This document shows, in pieces, positions 40,909-51,633 of a DNA stretch of 64,000 nucleotides. The stretch is from an uncultured Arcobacter sp. (GTDB taxonomy: Bacteria > Campylobacterota > Campylobacteria > Campylobacterales > Arcobacteraceae). The notes beneath the pieces were generated by a model. It saw only the letters and a program-made list of their open reading frames with translations. It had not been told where the DNA came from and made no database searches. Where the stretch lies: contig OZ223300.1 of NCBI GenBank assembly GCA_965140705.1, positions 1,056,001-1,120,000 on the forward strand, read 5' to 3'. The translations under genes were made by a program, and so were the position numbers. How positions within the stretch are numbered: the stretch's first letter is position 1; each line of letters begins with the position of its first letter.

Positions 40909-41631
40909 TTAATTTTCATTTTTAAAATATTGTTTCATAAGTGATTTAGTTGAAGATGCTTCTTCTATTAATAAAGGCATAACTTCTATAAGTGTTCTTG
41001 ATGCTGAATAGTATTCTTCAAGTATATTCGCCATTTCTAGTATTTTTATATTTTCTATAGTGTTATACTGCAAATAAGCATCTTTATCTCTATGCGCTAT
41101 ACTTATATTTCTTATATCTTTAAATCTAAAATTAGCTTTTTTTTGAGCTTTACTCATTTGTCTAAATGCGTTTACTAATTTTTCTCTCAAATCTTTAGAT
41201 ATGCTAGAATCATCATATATTTCTTGGAGTTCTTTTGCATTTAATACTTTTGATAAATCTCTTTCATGTATTGTAAGAATCATAATTCTTAATGAAAGGT
41301 TTCTTTTTACTGGGTTTTTGTGAGTGAATGCATCTGTATGCATAGATTGAATATCTCTTTCAGCAAGTAGAATGTATGCTGAAAAATTAAATAGTTTTGC
41401 TAAATTAGGAAATTTGTTTTTGTCAATTCTTTCTTGTTCTTTTATTACTGCTTTTAAAGCACTTTCGATTACTTTTGTCTTTTTAGAGTTTTTAAATTTT
41501 AATTCAATTCTTAATTTAAATAAAAGAATTCTTTCTAAATAAGGGGCTAATTTTTTAAGTTTTTTGTATGTATTAAATCTTGACCATCTTTCAATAACAT
41601 TTTTAGGCTTACTAAGTAATTTGTTTTTCAT
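40909..41631 (-). CDS. Hypothetical protein with HEPN-like motif
   Basis: Helical protein with RNISIAH (Rx5H). Confidence 0.55.
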   Translation of the reverse strand: MKNKLLSKPKNVIERWSRFNTYKKLKKLAPYLERILLFKLRIELKFKNSKKTKVIESALKAVIKEQERIDKNKFPNLAKLFNFSAYILLAERDIQSMHTDAFTHKNPVKRNLSLRIMILTIHERDLSKVLNAKELQEIYDDSSISKDLREKLVNAFRQMSKAQKKANFRFKDIRNISIAHRDKDAYLQYNTIENIKILEMANILEEYYSASRTLIEVMPLLIEEASSTKSLMKQYFKNEN

Positions 41632-41707
41632 TTATACACTTTATTTATATATAAAATTATTATAACTATTTGTTGATAAAATGTTAGCAAAAAAATAAAG
41701 AGTTTGC

Positions 41708-42343
41708 ATGAACTATATAGAAAAATTAAAAGACATATTATCTGAAGAGCATGGTGATAAAAAAGTATTAGACAAAGATGTTGCTGCAGCTCTTGGAATA
41801 GAAGAGGCTAACTTTAGAAAACAAAAGCATCGCAATAGTATCCCATACTTTGAGATTATGAGCTTCTTAGCTAAAAGAAACATAAGTATCAATTGGTTCT
41901 TCTTTAACCAACTTCCTGAGTCCCTGATTGAATCTACATCAAACTATATAATACTAAAGTATCAAAGAACTGTTACAGCTTCAGCTGGAGGTGGAGCTAT
42001 AAACTATGAACTTGACTCAACTCCACTTGTAATAGATAAACAATTATTAGACCATATTAATAGTAGCTACAAATATACTGAAGTATTAAAAGTATTTGGA
42101 GAGTCCATGGAACCTGATATAAAAGATGAAAGCCTAGTCTTTATAGATAAGAGTAAAACAGATATAAATAGTACAGGTGTATATCTAATCAATACAAATG
42201 ATGGTTTATATATTAAATGTATTAAAGTAGAAAATGATAAAGTTATTCTAAAATCAAATAACCAAGCTTTTGATGATATAACATTACATATAGATGATGT
42301 GGATATTGTTGGTAGAGTTTGTGGTGTACTTATAAAGGTATAA
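41708..42343 (+). CDS. Phage repressor, HTH plus S24 peptidase
   Basis: ASAGGG cleavage region, VFGESMEP (Ser), LYIKCI (Lys). Confidence 0.88.
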   Translation: MNYIEKLKDILSEEHGDKKVLDKDVAAALGIEEANFRKQKHRNSIPYFEIMSFLAKRNISINWFFFNQLPESLIESTSNYIILKYQRTVTASAGGGAINYELDSTPLVIDKQLLDHINSSYKYTEVLKVFGESMEPDIKDESLVFIDKSKTDINSTGVYLINTNDGLYIKCIKVENDKVILKSNNQAFDDITLHIDDVDIVGRVCGVLIKV

Positions 42344-42344
42344 G

Positions 42345-43010
42345 ATGAAAGATGTAAACGGTTTAGATTTGTTAGAAACAATAGTTAATGAAGAACAATT
42401 GAATGAAATAAAAATGATAAGAAATAGTATATTTGATAGACTTGACTATGCAAAATATCACTATCAAGAGTATAAGAAAACTTCAGATGTAAAAGACGTA
42501 AATGCATTTATAAGAGCAGTAGTTTTAGATGACGAAAATAAAAGGAAAAGAACAGCAGAAAAAGCAAATATTACTGCTTGTGTTCATAATATACATGTTA
42601 TATATGACTACCTTGGGAATTTAATATATAAAACATTAGATTTAGAAATCAATTGTAATATATATTTTTCTACTGTAATGTACAATATAAAATCAGGAAA
42701 TAATAAAGACTTTAAAAAACTATTAGAAATATTGAATAATTTTGTTACAGCAAAAGAATCATATTATAAATACATTCATGATATGTCGAATTTCACAAAA
42801 CATAATTATAATATTGCGCCAGATGCAAAAACTAATAATAAAAGTGGAGAGTTTAAACGCGAATTATATTTTATAGAGTTTATAAAAGATAATACAACAC
42901 ATGAACAAGTAATTGTTGATGATATTTTAAATTCAGGATATGAAAGTGTAGTTCAATTAATGAAAGAAATAGGAAATGAATTATACGCAATTCTCCAAAA
43001 AAAACATTAG
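42345..43010 (+). CDS. Hypothetical protein, possibly divergent HEPN
   Basis: Helical; YIHDMSNFTKH (NxxKH); starts 1 nt after the repressor stop. Confidence 0.55.
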   Translation: MKDVNGLDLLETIVNEEQLNEIKMIRNSIFDRLDYAKYHYQEYKKTSDVKDVNAFIRAVVLDDENKRKRTAEKANITACVHNIHVIYDYLGNLIYKTLDLEINCNIYFSTVMYNIKSGNNKDFKKLLEILNNFVTAKESYYKYIHDMSNFTKHNYNIAPDAKTNNKSGEFKRELYFIEFIKDNTTHEQVIVDDILNSGYESVVQLMKEIGNELYAILQKKH

Positions 43011-43019
43011 TTTTTATGT

Positions 43020-43079
43020 ATTAACATTTCATAAGCAAATAATTAACATTTCAAAAGCCGTTTTACAAACAGTTTTACA
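43020..43079 (+). repeat. Direct repeats ATTAACATTTCAwAAGC x2 (22-bp period) and GTTTTACA x2
   Basis: 43020-43036 and 43042-43058 match 16/17. Confidence 0.65.
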
Positions 43080-43208
43080 TTTAAAAAGTATAAAATAGTT
43101 TTTATTAGTTAAACTTTCAATTAACTTAATGTATATTAAAATAAAGCATAATTGTCCTTTTAAAAAGGAAATAAATATAGTAATTAATGATATGAAGACC
43201 CATATATA

Positions 43209-43242
43209 TTGACATTGTATAAGAAAAAAGTTATAATGCGCG
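43209..43242 (+). promoter_or_regulatory. Sigma70 promoter of S10 operon
   Basis: TTGACA-17 bp-TATAAT followed by GCGCG discriminator. Confidence 0.85.
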
Positions 43243-43303
43243 TCCATGAAAAATGGTTAGAGTGTGTTTATCGCACATTTAACGAGTTCTTTAAAGGAAA
43301 AAA

Positions 43304-43618
43304 ATGGAAAAAATAAGATTAAAGCTTAAGGCTTACGATCACAGAGTTTTAGACAGAAGTGTTGCTTCAATTGTTGAAGCTGTTAAGAGAACTGGTGCTG
43401 AGTTGAGAGGTCCTATACCTTTACCAACTAAAATCAGAAGATATACAGTAATCAAAGGTCCTCACGTAAATAAAGATTCAAGAGAACAATTCGAAATCAG
43501 AGTTCATTCAAGAATGATTGATATCGTATCTGCAACTCCTGATACAGTAGATTCATTAATGAAACTTGACTTAGCTCCTGAAGTTGATGTTGAAGTTAGA
43601 TCTATGGGTCAAGAATAA
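43304..43618 (+). CDS. rpsJ: 30S ribosomal protein S10
   Basis: [21 protein letters not shown]. Confidence 0.98.
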   Translation: MEKIRLKLKAYDHRVLDRSVASIVEAVKRTGAELRGPIPLPTKIRRYTVIKGPHVNKDSREQFEIRVHSRMIDIVSATPDTVDSLMKLDLAPEVDVEVRSMGQE

Positions 43619-43631
43619 GAAAGGGTAACAA

Positions 43632-44207
43632 ATGGAATTTATCGTAGAAAAAATTGGTATGAGTAGAACTATTTCAGTTCCTGCTGTTCCTGTTACACTT
43701 TTAAAAGTTCTTGATACAAAAGTATGTGAAGTAACTGATGGTGTAGCAATTGTATCATATAGTAATGGTAAGAAATTTAACAAAACTATAGAAGGGCAAC
43801 AAAAAAAATACAACTTATCTAAAGAGTTCAATAGATTTGCAACTATCGAAGTAGCAAATACTGAAGCTGGAGATTTAGATGTATCTGGATTAGCAGAAGC
43901 TAAAATTTTAAAAACTACTTTTAAAACTAAAGGTAGAGGTTTCTCTGGTGCAGTTAAAAGATGGAACTTTGCTGGTGGTAGAGCATCGCATGGTCATAGA
44001 ATGGGAAAAAGAACTGGTTCAATCGGTAATGCTGAGTGGCCAGGTAGAGTTCAACCAGGTAAGAAAATGCCAGGACAATACGGAAATACAAATGTAAGTG
44101 TTAAAAATGAAATTTTCTCTTTTGATGCTGAGACAGGTATTTTAGCTGTTAAAGGTTCAGTATCTGGACCAAATGGTGGATTAGGAAAAGTAAGGATTGC
44201 TAAATGA
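43632..44207 (+). CDS. rplC: 50S ribosomal protein L3
   Basis: [23 protein letters not shown]. Confidence 0.97.
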   Translation: MEFIVEKIGMSRTISVPAVPVTLLKVLDTKVCEVTDGVAIVSYSNGKKFNKTIEGQQKKYNLSKEFNRFATIEVANTEAGDLDVSGLAEAKILKTTFKTKGRGFSGAVKRWNFAGGRASHGHRMGKRTGSIGNAEWPGRVQPGKKMPGQYGNTNVSVKNEIFSFDAETGILAVKGSVSGPNGGLGKVRIAK

Positions 44208-44791
44208 GTAATGCAGTAGTAGTAAAAACAAGTGAATTACCTGAAACATTTAAAGATGTTAATTCACATAACTTATACTTATATGTAAAATCATACCTAG
44301 CAGCTCAAAGAGCAAACACAGCTAGAGTAAAAAACAGAACTGAAGTTAGAGGTGGTGGTAAAAAACCTAAAGCTCAAAAAGGTTCTGGTGGTGCAAGATG
44401 GGGTTCTAAAAGATCACCATTATTCGTTGGAGGTGGACAAGTATTTGGACCATCTGCTAGAAATTACAATCAAAAAATTAACAAAAAACAAAAAGTATTA
44501 GCATTAAGATTTGCTATTAATACTCATGTTGAAAAAGAGTCTTTATTTGTAGTTGATTCTGTTAAATTAGAGTCAGGGAAAACTAAAGATGCAGTTGCAG
44601 TTTTAAATGGTTTAAACCAAAGAGATACTTTAATCATTGTTGATACAATTGATGAAAAAACTTATTTGGCATATAGAAACATTAAGAACTGTTATATGAT
44701 TGAAAAACAAGAAGTGAATGCTTATATTGCAGCTGCTTATCACTCAATCTTAGTTGAGAAGTCAGTTCTTGAAGCATTAAAAGAGGCATAA
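44204..44791 (+). CDS. rplD: 50S ribosomal protein L4
   Basis: [19 protein letters not shown]. Confidence 0.97.
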   Translation: MSNAVVVKTSELPETFKDVNSHNLYLYVKSYLAAQRANTARVKNRTEVRGGGKKPKAQKGSGGARWGSKRSPLFVGGGQVFGPSARNYNQKINKKQKVLALRFAINTHVEKESLFVVDSVKLESGKTKDAVAVLNGLNQRDTLIIVDTIDEKTYLAYRNIKNCYMIEKQEVNAYIAAAYHSILVEKSVLEALKEA

Positions 44792-44792
44792 G

Positions 44793-45074
44793 ATGGCAGA
44801 TATTACAGATATTAAAGCAATATTATACACAGAAAAAACTATCGAGTTACAAGAGAGTGGTGTAATTGTTGTTCAGACTAGTCCTAGAATGACTAAAAGC
44901 GGATTAAAAGATGTTTTTAAAGAATATTTTGGAGTTACACCTTCAAAAGTTAATTCATTAAAACAAAGTGGTAAAGTGAAAAGATTTAGAGGAAAAATCG
45001 GTAAAAGAGCTGATTTCAAAAAATTCTATGTAACATTACCTGAGGGCGCTGAAATAGCGAACCTTTCAGCATAA
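44793..45074 (+). CDS. rplW: 50S ribosomal protein L23
   Basis: TEK...FKKFYVTL; operon order. Confidence 0.96.
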   Translation: MADITDIKAILYTEKTIELQESGVIVVQTSPRMTKSGLKDVFKEYFGVTPSKVNSLKQSGKVKRFRGKIGKRADFKKFYVTLPEGAEIANLSA

Positions 45075-45083
45075 GGGGATAGT

Positions 45084-45911
45084 ATGGCAATTAAAAAATT
45101 TAGACCAATAACTCCTGCTAGAAGATTTATGTCAGTTATGGATACTTCTGATATTACTTCAAAACCAACAGTTAGATCTTTACTTACAAGAGTAAAAGCT
45201 ACAGCTGGTAGAAATAGTAACGGTAGAATCACTTCAAGACATAGAGAAGCAGGTGCTAAAAAACTTTACAGAATTATCGATTTCAAAAGAGATAAATTTG
45301 GTGTAGAGGGTACTGTATCTACAATTGAGTACGACCCATATAGAAACTGTAGAATCTGTTTAGTAACTTATGCAGATGGTGATAAAAGATATATTTTACA
45401 ACCAAGTGGTTTAAAAGTTGGAGCTAAAGTTTCTTCTGCTGAATCTGGTTTAGATATTCTTCCTGGAAATGCAATGAGACTTGTTAATATTCCAGTTGGT
45501 ACTATGGTTCATAATATTGAAATGAAACCAGGAAAAGGTGGTCAAATCGCTAGATCTGCTGGTGGATATGCTCAAATTATGGGTAGAGAAGATAAATATG
45601 TAATTATGAGACTTCCTTCAGGTGAAATGAGAAAAATTCTTGCTGTATGTATGGCAACTATTGGTATCGTTGGTAATGAAGATTTCTCTAACATGGTTGT
45701 TGGTAAAGCTGGTAGAAGTAGACACCTTGGAATTAGACCTCAAACTAGAGGATCTGCAATGAATCCAATTGATCACCCACACGGTGGTGGTGAAGGTAAA
45801 ACTAACTCAGGTAGACATCCAGTTACTCCATGGGGTATGCCAACTAAAGGTTATAAAACTAGAAAGAAAAAAGCTAGTGATAAATTAATCATTTCAAGAA
45901 AAAAGAAGTAA
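45084..45911 (+). CDS. rplB: 50S ribosomal protein L2
   Basis: [17 protein letters not shown]. Confidence 0.98.
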   Translation: MAIKKFRPITPARRFMSVMDTSDITSKPTVRSLLTRVKATAGRNSNGRITSRHREAGAKKLYRIIDFKRDKFGVEGTVSTIEYDPYRNCRICLVTYADGDKRYILQPSGLKVGAKVSSAESGLDILPGNAMRLVNIPVGTMVHNIEMKPGKGGQIARSAGGYAQIMGREDKYVIMRLPSGEMRKILAVCMATIGIVGNEDFSNMVVGKAGRSRHLGIRPQTRGSAMNPIDHPHGGGEGKTNSGRHPVTPWGMPTKGYKTRKKKASDKLIISRKKK

Positions 45912-45920
45912 GGGTTTAAG

Positions 45921-46199
45921 ATGTCAAGATCAGTAAAAAAAGGTCCATTTATAGACGCGCACTTAATGAAAAAAGTTATCAAAGCAGTTGAGACTAAAGA
46001 TAGAAAACCAATTAAAACTTGGTCAAGAAGATCAACAGTTTTACCTGACATGATTGGCTTAACTTTTAATGTGCACAATGGAAGAAACTTCGTACCTGTA
46101 AATGTTACAGAGAACCACGTGGGTTACAAATTAGGTGAATTTGCACCAACTAGAACTTTTAAGGGTCACAAAGGCTCTGTTCAGAAGAAGGTAGGATAA
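45921..46199 (+). CDS. rpsS: 30S ribosomal protein S19
   Basis: [17 protein letters not shown]. Confidence 0.98.
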   Translation: MSRSVKKGPFIDAHLMKKVIKAVETKDRKPIKTWSRRSTVLPDMIGLTFNVHNGRNFVPVNVTENHVGYKLGEFAPTRTFKGHKGSVQKKVG

Positions 46200-46200
46200 G

Positions 46201-46533
46201 ATGGGTAAAGCTATATTAAGATTTATAAGAGTTTCTCCAATTAAAGCAAGACTTATTGCTAGAGAAGTTCAAGGTATGAATGCAGAGTATGCTATTGCAT
46301 CTTTAGAATTTACACCTAACAAAGCTGCTGGATTAATTTCAAAAGTTATTGCTTCTGCAGTTGCAAACTCTGGATTAGAAGCTGAAGATGCAGTTATTAC
46401 ATCTGCTAGAGTTGATAAAGGTCCAGTATTAAAAAGATTTACTCCAAGAGCAAGAGGTTCTGCTTCTCCAAAGCATAAGCCAACGGCACATATCATGATT
46501 GAAGTAGAAGCTGCACCTAAAGGAGATAAGTAA
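46201..46533 (+). CDS. rplV: 50S ribosomal protein L22
   Basis: SPIKARL, PRARG. Confidence 0.97.
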   Translation: MGKAILRFIRVSPIKARLIAREVQGMNAEYAIASLEFTPNKAAGLISKVIASAVANSGLEAEDAVITSARVDKGPVLKRFTPRARGSASPKHKPTAHIMIEVEAAPKGDK

Positions 46534-47231
46534 TGGGTCAAAAAGTTAATCCAATTGGTTTAAGATTAGGTATCAATAGAAACTGGGAATCAAGATGGTT
46601 TCCTAAATTCTCTTCTATGCCTGCTAATGTTGCAGAAGATAGCAAAATCAGAAAATTCGTTAAAAAAGAGCTTTACTATGCAGGAATTGCTCAAACTTTA
46701 ATTGAAAGAACAGCTAAAAAAGTAAGAGTAACAGTTGTTGCTGCAAGACCTGGTATCATTATTGGTAAAAAAGGTGCAGACGTTGAGAAATTAAAAGATT
46801 CTTTAACTAAATTAGTTGGTAAAGAAATCGCTGTAAACATTAAAGAAGAGAGAAAACCACAACTTTCTGGTCAATTAGCTGCTGAAAATGTTGCTCAACA
46901 ATTAGAAAGAAGAGTTGCATTTAGAAGAGCTATGAAAAGAGTTATGCAAAATGCTATTAAAGGTGGAGCAAAAGGAATTAAAGTTTCTGTTTCTGGTAGA
47001 CTTGGTGGAGCTGAAATGGCTAGAACTGAGTGGTACTTAGAAGGAAGAGTTCCTTTACATACTTTAAGAGCTAGAATCGATTATGGTTTTGCTGAAGCAC
47101 ATACTACATATGGTTGTGTTGGTGTAAAAGTTTGGATTTTCAAAGGTGAAGTACTTGCTAAAGGTATTCCAGTTGAAAAAGAAGAAGCTTCTAAACCAAA
47201 AAGAAGACCAACAAAGAAAAGAGGTAAATAA
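46533..47231 (+). CDS. rpsC: 30S ribosomal protein S3
   Basis: [23 protein letters not shown]. Confidence 0.98.
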   Translation: MGQKVNPIGLRLGINRNWESRWFPKFSSMPANVAEDSKIRKFVKKELYYAGIAQTLIERTAKKVRVTVVAARPGIIIGKKGADVEKLKDSLTKLVGKEIAVNIKEERKPQLSGQLAAENVAQQLERRVAFRRAMKRVMQNAIKGGAKGIKVSVSGRLGGAEMARTEWYLEGRVPLHTLRARIDYGFAEAHTTYGCVGVKVWIFKGEVLAKGIPVEKEEASKPKRRPTKKRGK

Positions 47232-47233
47232 TT

Positions 47234-47659
47234 ATGTTAATGCCTAAAAGAACAAAATATAGAAAAGTAATGAAGGGGCGAAATAGAGGTAAATCTATGA
47301 GAGCCAATACATTAGCATATGGTAATATTGGAATTAAAGCTTTAGAGCACGGAAGAATCGATTCAAGACAAATCGAAGCAGCCAGAATTGCTATGACAAG
47401 AGCTATTAAAAGACAAGGTAAAGTATGGATTTGTGTATTCCCAGCTAAACCACTTACTGCTAAACCATTAGAAACAAGAATGGGTAAAGGTAAAGGTCCA
47501 GTTGACAAATGGGTAATGAACATTAAGCCAGGAAGAATTTGTTTTGAGATGGCTGGTGTTAGTGATGAAGTAGCTAGAGTAGCATTGACTTTAGCAGTTC
47601 ACAAATTACCATTTAAATGTAAAATTGTAACAAAAGAGAGCGAAAATGACTTATTCTGA
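47234..47659 (+). CDS. rplP: 50S ribosomal protein L16
   Basis: [15 protein letters not shown]. Confidence 0.98.
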   Translation: MLMPKRTKYRKVMKGRNRGKSMRANTLAYGNIGIKALEHGRIDSRQIEAARIAMTRAIKRQGKVWICVFPAKPLTAKPLETRMGKGKGPVDKWVMNIKPGRICFEMAGVSDEVARVALTLAVHKLPFKCKIVTKESENDLF

Positions 47660-47837
47660 TATTAAAGATAAAAGCCTAAACGAGCTAAACGAGTTATTAA
47701 AAGAGAAAAAGGTGCTTCTTTTTGAATTAAAAGCTAAGCTAAAAACTATGCAGTTGACTAATACATCTGAATTAAATGTTGCGAAAAAAGATATCGCAAA
47801 AATTCAAACAGCTATTACTGCAGTAAAAGCTAAGTAA
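47646..47837 (+). CDS. rpmC: 50S ribosomal protein L29
   Basis: KKDIAKIQT; operon order. Confidence 0.95.
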   Translation: MTYSDIKDKSLNELNELLKEKKVLLFELKAKLKTMQLTNTSELNVAKKDIAKIQTAITAVKAK

Positions 47838-47848
47838 GGATCTGTAGT

Positions 47849-48103
47849 ATGAGTACGCATAAAAGAGAGATTCAAGGTGTAGTGGTAAAAATTTCTGGAG
47901 ATAAAACTGCTTCTGTTTTAGTAACAAGATCAGTATTACACCCAAAATACCACAAAACTGTTAAGAGATTTAAAAAATATTTAGTTCATGATGAAAAAAA
48001 TGAATTAGCTGAAGGTGATACTGTAATTGCGATTGAGTGTAGACCTTTATCTAAGACTAAATCTTTTAGATTAAAGACAATTGTTGCTACAGGAGTTAAA
48101 TAA
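47849..48103 (+). CDS. rpsQ: 30S ribosomal protein S17
   Basis: [15 protein letters not shown]. Confidence 0.97.
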   Translation: MSTHKREIQGVVVKISGDKTASVLVTRSVLHPKYHKTVKRFKKYLVHDEKNELAEGDTVIAIECRPLSKTKSFRLKTIVATGVK

Positions 48104-48471
48104 TGATTCAAAGTTTTACTAGATTAAACGTAGCAGACAACACAGGTGCTAAAGAGATCATGTGTATCAAAGTTTTAGGTGGTTCTAAAAGAAGATACGC
48201 AACAGTTGGTGACGTTATTGTTGCTTCTGTTAAAAAAGCTATTCCTACTGGAAAAGTTAAAAAAGGTCAAGTTGTTAAAGCTGTTGTTGTTAGAACTCAT
48301 AAAGAAGTTCAAAGAGAAAATGGTTCATTAATCAGATTTGATGATAATGCAGCAGTTATTCTTGATGCAAAAAAAGAACCAATTGGAACAAGAATTTTTG
48401 GACCAGTTGCTAGAGAAGTTAGATATTCAGGTTTCATGAAGATCGTTTCACTTGCACCGGAGGTATTATAA
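48103..48471 (+). CDS. rplN: 50S ribosomal protein L14
   Basis: [15 protein letters not shown]. Confidence 0.98.
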   Translation: MIQSFTRLNVADNTGAKEIMCIKVLGGSKRRYATVGDVIVASVKKAIPTGKVKKGQVVKAVVVRTHKEVQRENGSLIRFDDNAAVILDAKKEPIGTRIFGPVAREVRYSGFMKIVSLAPEVL

Positions 48472-48472
48472 T

Positions 48473-48712
48473 ATGGCGGTTAAATTAAAAATTAAAAAAG
48501 GTGATACAGTTAAAATCATCGCAGGTGATGACAAAGGTAAAACTGGTGAAGTTTTAAAAGTTATCCCATCTAAATTACAAGTTATTGTAAAAGATTGTAA
48601 AGTTGCTAAAAAAACTGTAAAACCTGATCAAGACAAAAACCCTAATGGTGGTTTTGTAAACAAAGAGATGCCTATTGATATCTCTAATGTAGCAAAAGTA
48701 GAAGGTGAGTAA
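48473..48712 (+). CDS. rplX: 50S ribosomal protein L24
   Basis: [19 protein letters not shown]; true ATG at 48473. Confidence 0.97.
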   Translation: MAVKLKIKKGDTVKIIAGDDKGKTGEVLKVIPSKLQVIVKDCKVAKKTVKPDQDKNPNGGFVNKEMPIDISNVAKVEGE

Positions 48713-48713
48713 G

Positions 48714-49262
48714 ATGGCGAACAGATTATACGAAAGATATAACGCAGAGATTAAACCAGTTTTACAAGAAGAGTTTCCTAAGAACAAAATGTTAACTGCT
48801 AAATTAGAAAAAGTAGTTATTTCTGTAGGTGCTGGTGAAGCAATGAAAGATACTAAATTGATGCAAAATATTCAAGATACTATCTCTTTAATTGCAGGAC
48901 AACATGCTATCCAAATCATTGCAAAAAAATCAGTTGCTGGTTTTAAAGTAAGAGAAGGTATGCCTGTAGGTGTAAAAGTTACACTTAGAGGTGAAAATAT
49001 GTATGCATTCGTTGACAAATTATGTTCTATTGCATTACCTAGAGTAAAAGACTTCCAAGGTTTAGATAGAAATGGTTTTGATGGAAGAGGAAATTTTAAC
49101 TTTGGTCTTAATGAGCAATTGATGTTTCCAGAGGTTGTTTACGATAACATTATTAAAACACATGGTATGAATATTTCTATTACTACATCTTCAACTTCTG
49201 ATAAAGAAGCTTATAGATTATTAGAACTAGTAGGAATTCCATTTACAAAAGGTAGAGAATAA
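48714..49262 (+). CDS. rplE: 50S ribosomal protein L5
   Basis: [17 protein letters not shown]. Confidence 0.97.
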   Translation: MANRLYERYNAEIKPVLQEEFPKNKMLTAKLEKVVISVGAGEAMKDTKLMQNIQDTISLIAGQHAIQIIAKKSVAGFKVREGMPVGVKVTLRGENMYAFVDKLCSIALPRVKDFQGLDRNGFDGRGNFNFGLNEQLMFPEVVYDNIIKTHGMNISITTSSTSDKEAYRLLELVGIPFTKGRE

Positions 49263-49447
49263 TGGCTAAGAAATCTATGATTATGAAACAACAACGAACT
49301 CCTAAGTTCGCTGTTAGAGCATATACAAGATGTTCAGTATGTGGAAGACCACATTCAGTTTACAAAGACTTTGGTCTTTGTAGAATTTGTTTAAGAAAAA
49401 TGGCTAACGAAGGTTTATTACCTGGTGTTAGAAAAGCTAGTTGGTAA
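49262..49447 (+). CDS. rpsN: 30S ribosomal protein S14 (zinc-binding type Z)
   Basis: CSVC...[12 protein letters not shown]. Confidence 0.97.
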   Translation: MAKKSMIMKQQRTPKFAVRAYTRCSVCGRPHSVYKDFGLCRICLRKMANEGLLPGVRKASW

Positions 49448-49459
49448 GGAAATAAAGCT

Positions 49460-49858
49460 ATGATGAATGATATAATCGCAGATGCTTTAACTAGAATTAG
49501 AAATGCAGCATTGAGAAAACTTGAAGTTACTACTTTGTTACATTCTAATACGGTTGTAGGTATCTTAACAGTATTAGAGGCAAAGGGTTACATTGACTCT
49601 TTCAAAGTTGTTGATGGAACAAATAATAAAAAAACTATTCAAGTTACATTAAAATATGATGAAAAAGAAATTTCTGCAATCAATGAGATTAAAAGAGTTT
49701 CTAAATCAGGAAGAAGAGTTTATAAAGCTTCTTCTGAATTGAAAAATTTCAAAAACGGATATGGTACAATCATTGTTTCTACAAACAAGGGTGTTATCGC
49801 TAACGATGAAGCTTATGCTGCAAATGTTGGTGGTGAAGTACTATGTACTGTTTGGTAG
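49460..49858 (+). CDS. rpsH: 30S ribosomal protein S8
   Basis: [22 protein letters not shown]. Confidence 0.97.
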   Translation: MMNDIIADALTRIRNAALRKLEVTTLLHSNTVVGILTVLEAKGYIDSFKVVDGTNNKKTIQVTLKYDEKEISAINEIKRVSKSGRRVYKASSELKNFKNGYGTIIVSTNKGVIANDEAYAANVGGEVLCTVW

Positions 49859-49869
49859 GGAGTTAGATA

Positions 49870-50406
49870 ATGTCAAGAATTGGAAAACAACCTATTGCTA
49901 TACCAGCAGGTGTTGAAGTAACAGTTGATGGTACAGTTGTAAACGTAAAAAAAGGTAACAAAACTTCTTCTGTTGAAACTCATGGAAGAGTTTCTGTTGA
50001 AATTGCAAATAACACTGTAGTTTTAGCAAGAGTTGGTGAAACTAAAGAATCATCAGCTTTCTGGGGAACATATAGAGCTTTATTAAACAATGCTATTGTT
50101 GGTTTAAGTGAAGGTTTCAAAAAATCTTTAGAAATCAACGGTGTTGGTTATAGAGCTGCTGTAAAAGGTAATGTTTTAGAACTACAATTAGGATATTCTC
50201 ATCCAATTAACTATGAAATTGCTGATGGATTAGAAATTACTGTTGAGAAAAACGTGATTAATGTTATTGGTGCTGACAAACAACAAGTTGGTCAAGCTGC
50301 TGCAATTATTAGAGGCTTTAGAAAACCAGAACCGTACAAAGGTAAAGGTGTTAAATATACTGATGAGCATATCATCAGAAAAGCCGGAAAAACTGCTAAG
50401 AAGTAA
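49870..50406 (+). CDS. rplF: 50S ribosomal protein L6
   Basis: [14 protein letters not shown]. Confidence 0.98.
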   Translation: MSRIGKQPIAIPAGVEVTVDGTVVNVKKGNKTSSVETHGRVSVEIANNTVVLARVGETKESSAFWGTYRALLNNAIVGLSEGFKKSLEINGVGYRAAVKGNVLELQLGYSHPINYEIADGLEITVEKNVINVIGADKQQVGQAAAIIRGFRKPEPYKGKGVKYTDEHIIRKAGKTAKK

Positions 50407-50416
50407 GGTGTAAAGA

Positions 50417-50776
50417 ATGAGTAGAGCAAAAGATATAGCTAAAAAAAATTCTTTAAGAATTAAAAGAAAAAGAAGAGTAAGAGGATCAATTTCTGGTACT
50501 GCTTCTAAGCCAAGAGTTACGATTTTTAAATCAAACAAATATTTAAGTGCGCAAGCAATTAATGATGTTGAAGGTGTTACACTGGCTTCGGTTAGTTCTA
50601 AAACATTGGATTTAACAGTTAGTAAAGATAATGCAGTTAAAGTTGCAGCACAATTTGCTGAAAATTTAAAAGCTGCTGGGATTGATACAGTTGTATTTGA
50701 TAGAAATGGTTACCTATATCACGGTGTTATTGCTGCATTTGCACAATCACTAAGAGATAATGGTATCAAATTATAA
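50417..50776 (+). CDS. rplR: 50S ribosomal protein L18
   Basis: VVFDRNGYLYHG. Confidence 0.97.
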   Translation: MSRAKDIAKKNSLRIKRKRRVRGSISGTASKPRVTIFKSNKYLSAQAINDVEGVTLASVSSKTLDLTVSKDNAVKVAAQFAENLKAAGIDTVVFDRNGYLYHGVIAAFAQSLRDNGIKL

Positions 50777-50782
50777 GGGTTA

Positions 50783-51229
50783 ATGATGGCAGCAGTAAAT
50801 AGAGAAGATTTTCAAGAAGCAATCGTTAAAATCGGAAGAGTAACAAAAGTTGTAAAGGGTGGTAGAAGATTCAGATTTACAGCTTTAGTTGTTGTTGGAG
50901 ATAAAAACGGTACTGTAGGTTTTGGTATGGGTAAAGCTAAAGAAGTTCCAGATGCAATTAAAAAAGCTTTAGATGATGCATTTAAATCTTTAGTAAAAGT
51001 GTCTATTCATGGAACTACAATCGCACATGATATTGAGCATAAATATAATGCTTCTAAAATATTATTAAAACCAGCATCTGAAGGGACAGGACTTATCGCA
51101 GGTGGTGCGGCTAGACCAGTACTTGAACTTTCTGGAGTTAAAGATATTATTGCAAAATCTTTAGGTTCAAATAATCCTAACAACTTAGTGCAAGCTACAG
51201 TTGAAGCTTTAGCTAGAATAAAAGGATAA
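50783..51229 (+). CDS. rpsE: 30S ribosomal protein S5
   Basis: [12 protein letters not shown]. Confidence 0.98.
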   Translation: MMAAVNREDFQEAIVKIGRVTKVVKGGRRFRFTALVVVGDKNGTVGFGMGKAKEVPDAIKKALDDAFKSLVKVSIHGTTIAHDIEHKYNASKILLKPASEGTGLIAGGAARPVLELSGVKDIIAKSLGSNNPNNLVQATVEALARIKG

Positions 51230-51232
51230 TAA

Positions 51233-51631
51233 ATGACATTAGAAACTTTAAGACCAGCAGATGGTAGTACAAAGAATGTTAAAAGAGTTGGTAGAGGACA
51301 AGGTAGTGGTACTGGTAAAACTGCCGGTAAAGGTAACAAAGGTCAAAAAGCTAGATCTGGTTATAAAATAAAAAGAGGTTTTGAAGGTGGGCAAATGCCA
51401 ATCCAAAAAAGACTTCCTAAAATTGGTTTTATATCAAGAGTAACTAAACCTTATTCAATCAATGTTGATAAAGTTAAGCAAGTTGCTGAGTTAAGTGAAA
51501 TTACATTAGAAACTATTAGAACAGTGTATAAATTATCAAAATCAGTAACAAAAGTTAAACTAGTTGGGTCTTGTGCAAAAGACTTAGCTTCTAAGATTAA
51601 AGACGAAAACGTTACTACAACTGGTAAATAA
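51233..51631 (+). CDS. rplO: 50S ribosomal protein L15
   Basis: [17 protein letters not shown]. Confidence 0.97.
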   Translation: MTLETLRPADGSTKNVKRVGRGQGSGTGKTAGKGNKGQKARSGYKIKRGFEGGQMPIQKRLPKIGFISRVTKPYSINVDKVKQVAELSEITLETIRTVYKLSKSVTKVKLVGSCAKDLASKIKDENVTTTGK

Positions 51632-51633
51632 CC

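Larger units (their letters stand above)
40080..43079. mobile_element. Prophage end remnant (possibly Mu-like)
   Basis: Truncated dam, S24 repressor, orphan genes, 22-bp-period repeats ending in CA before the rpsJ promoter. Confidence 0.55.

Noticed and set aside
43029..43247. 72-aa minus-strand ORF
   Set aside because: Overlaps the S10 promoter and terminal repeats; no protein-like motifs.
51229..51233. Absence of rpmD (L30) between rpsE and rplO
   Set aside because: Known lineage trait of Campylobacterota.
566..51339. Many antisense or overlapping short ORFs in the track (e.g. 566-928, 1271-1909, 17579-18067, 21912-22307, 47191-47523)
   Set aside because: Shadow frames of well-supported genes.
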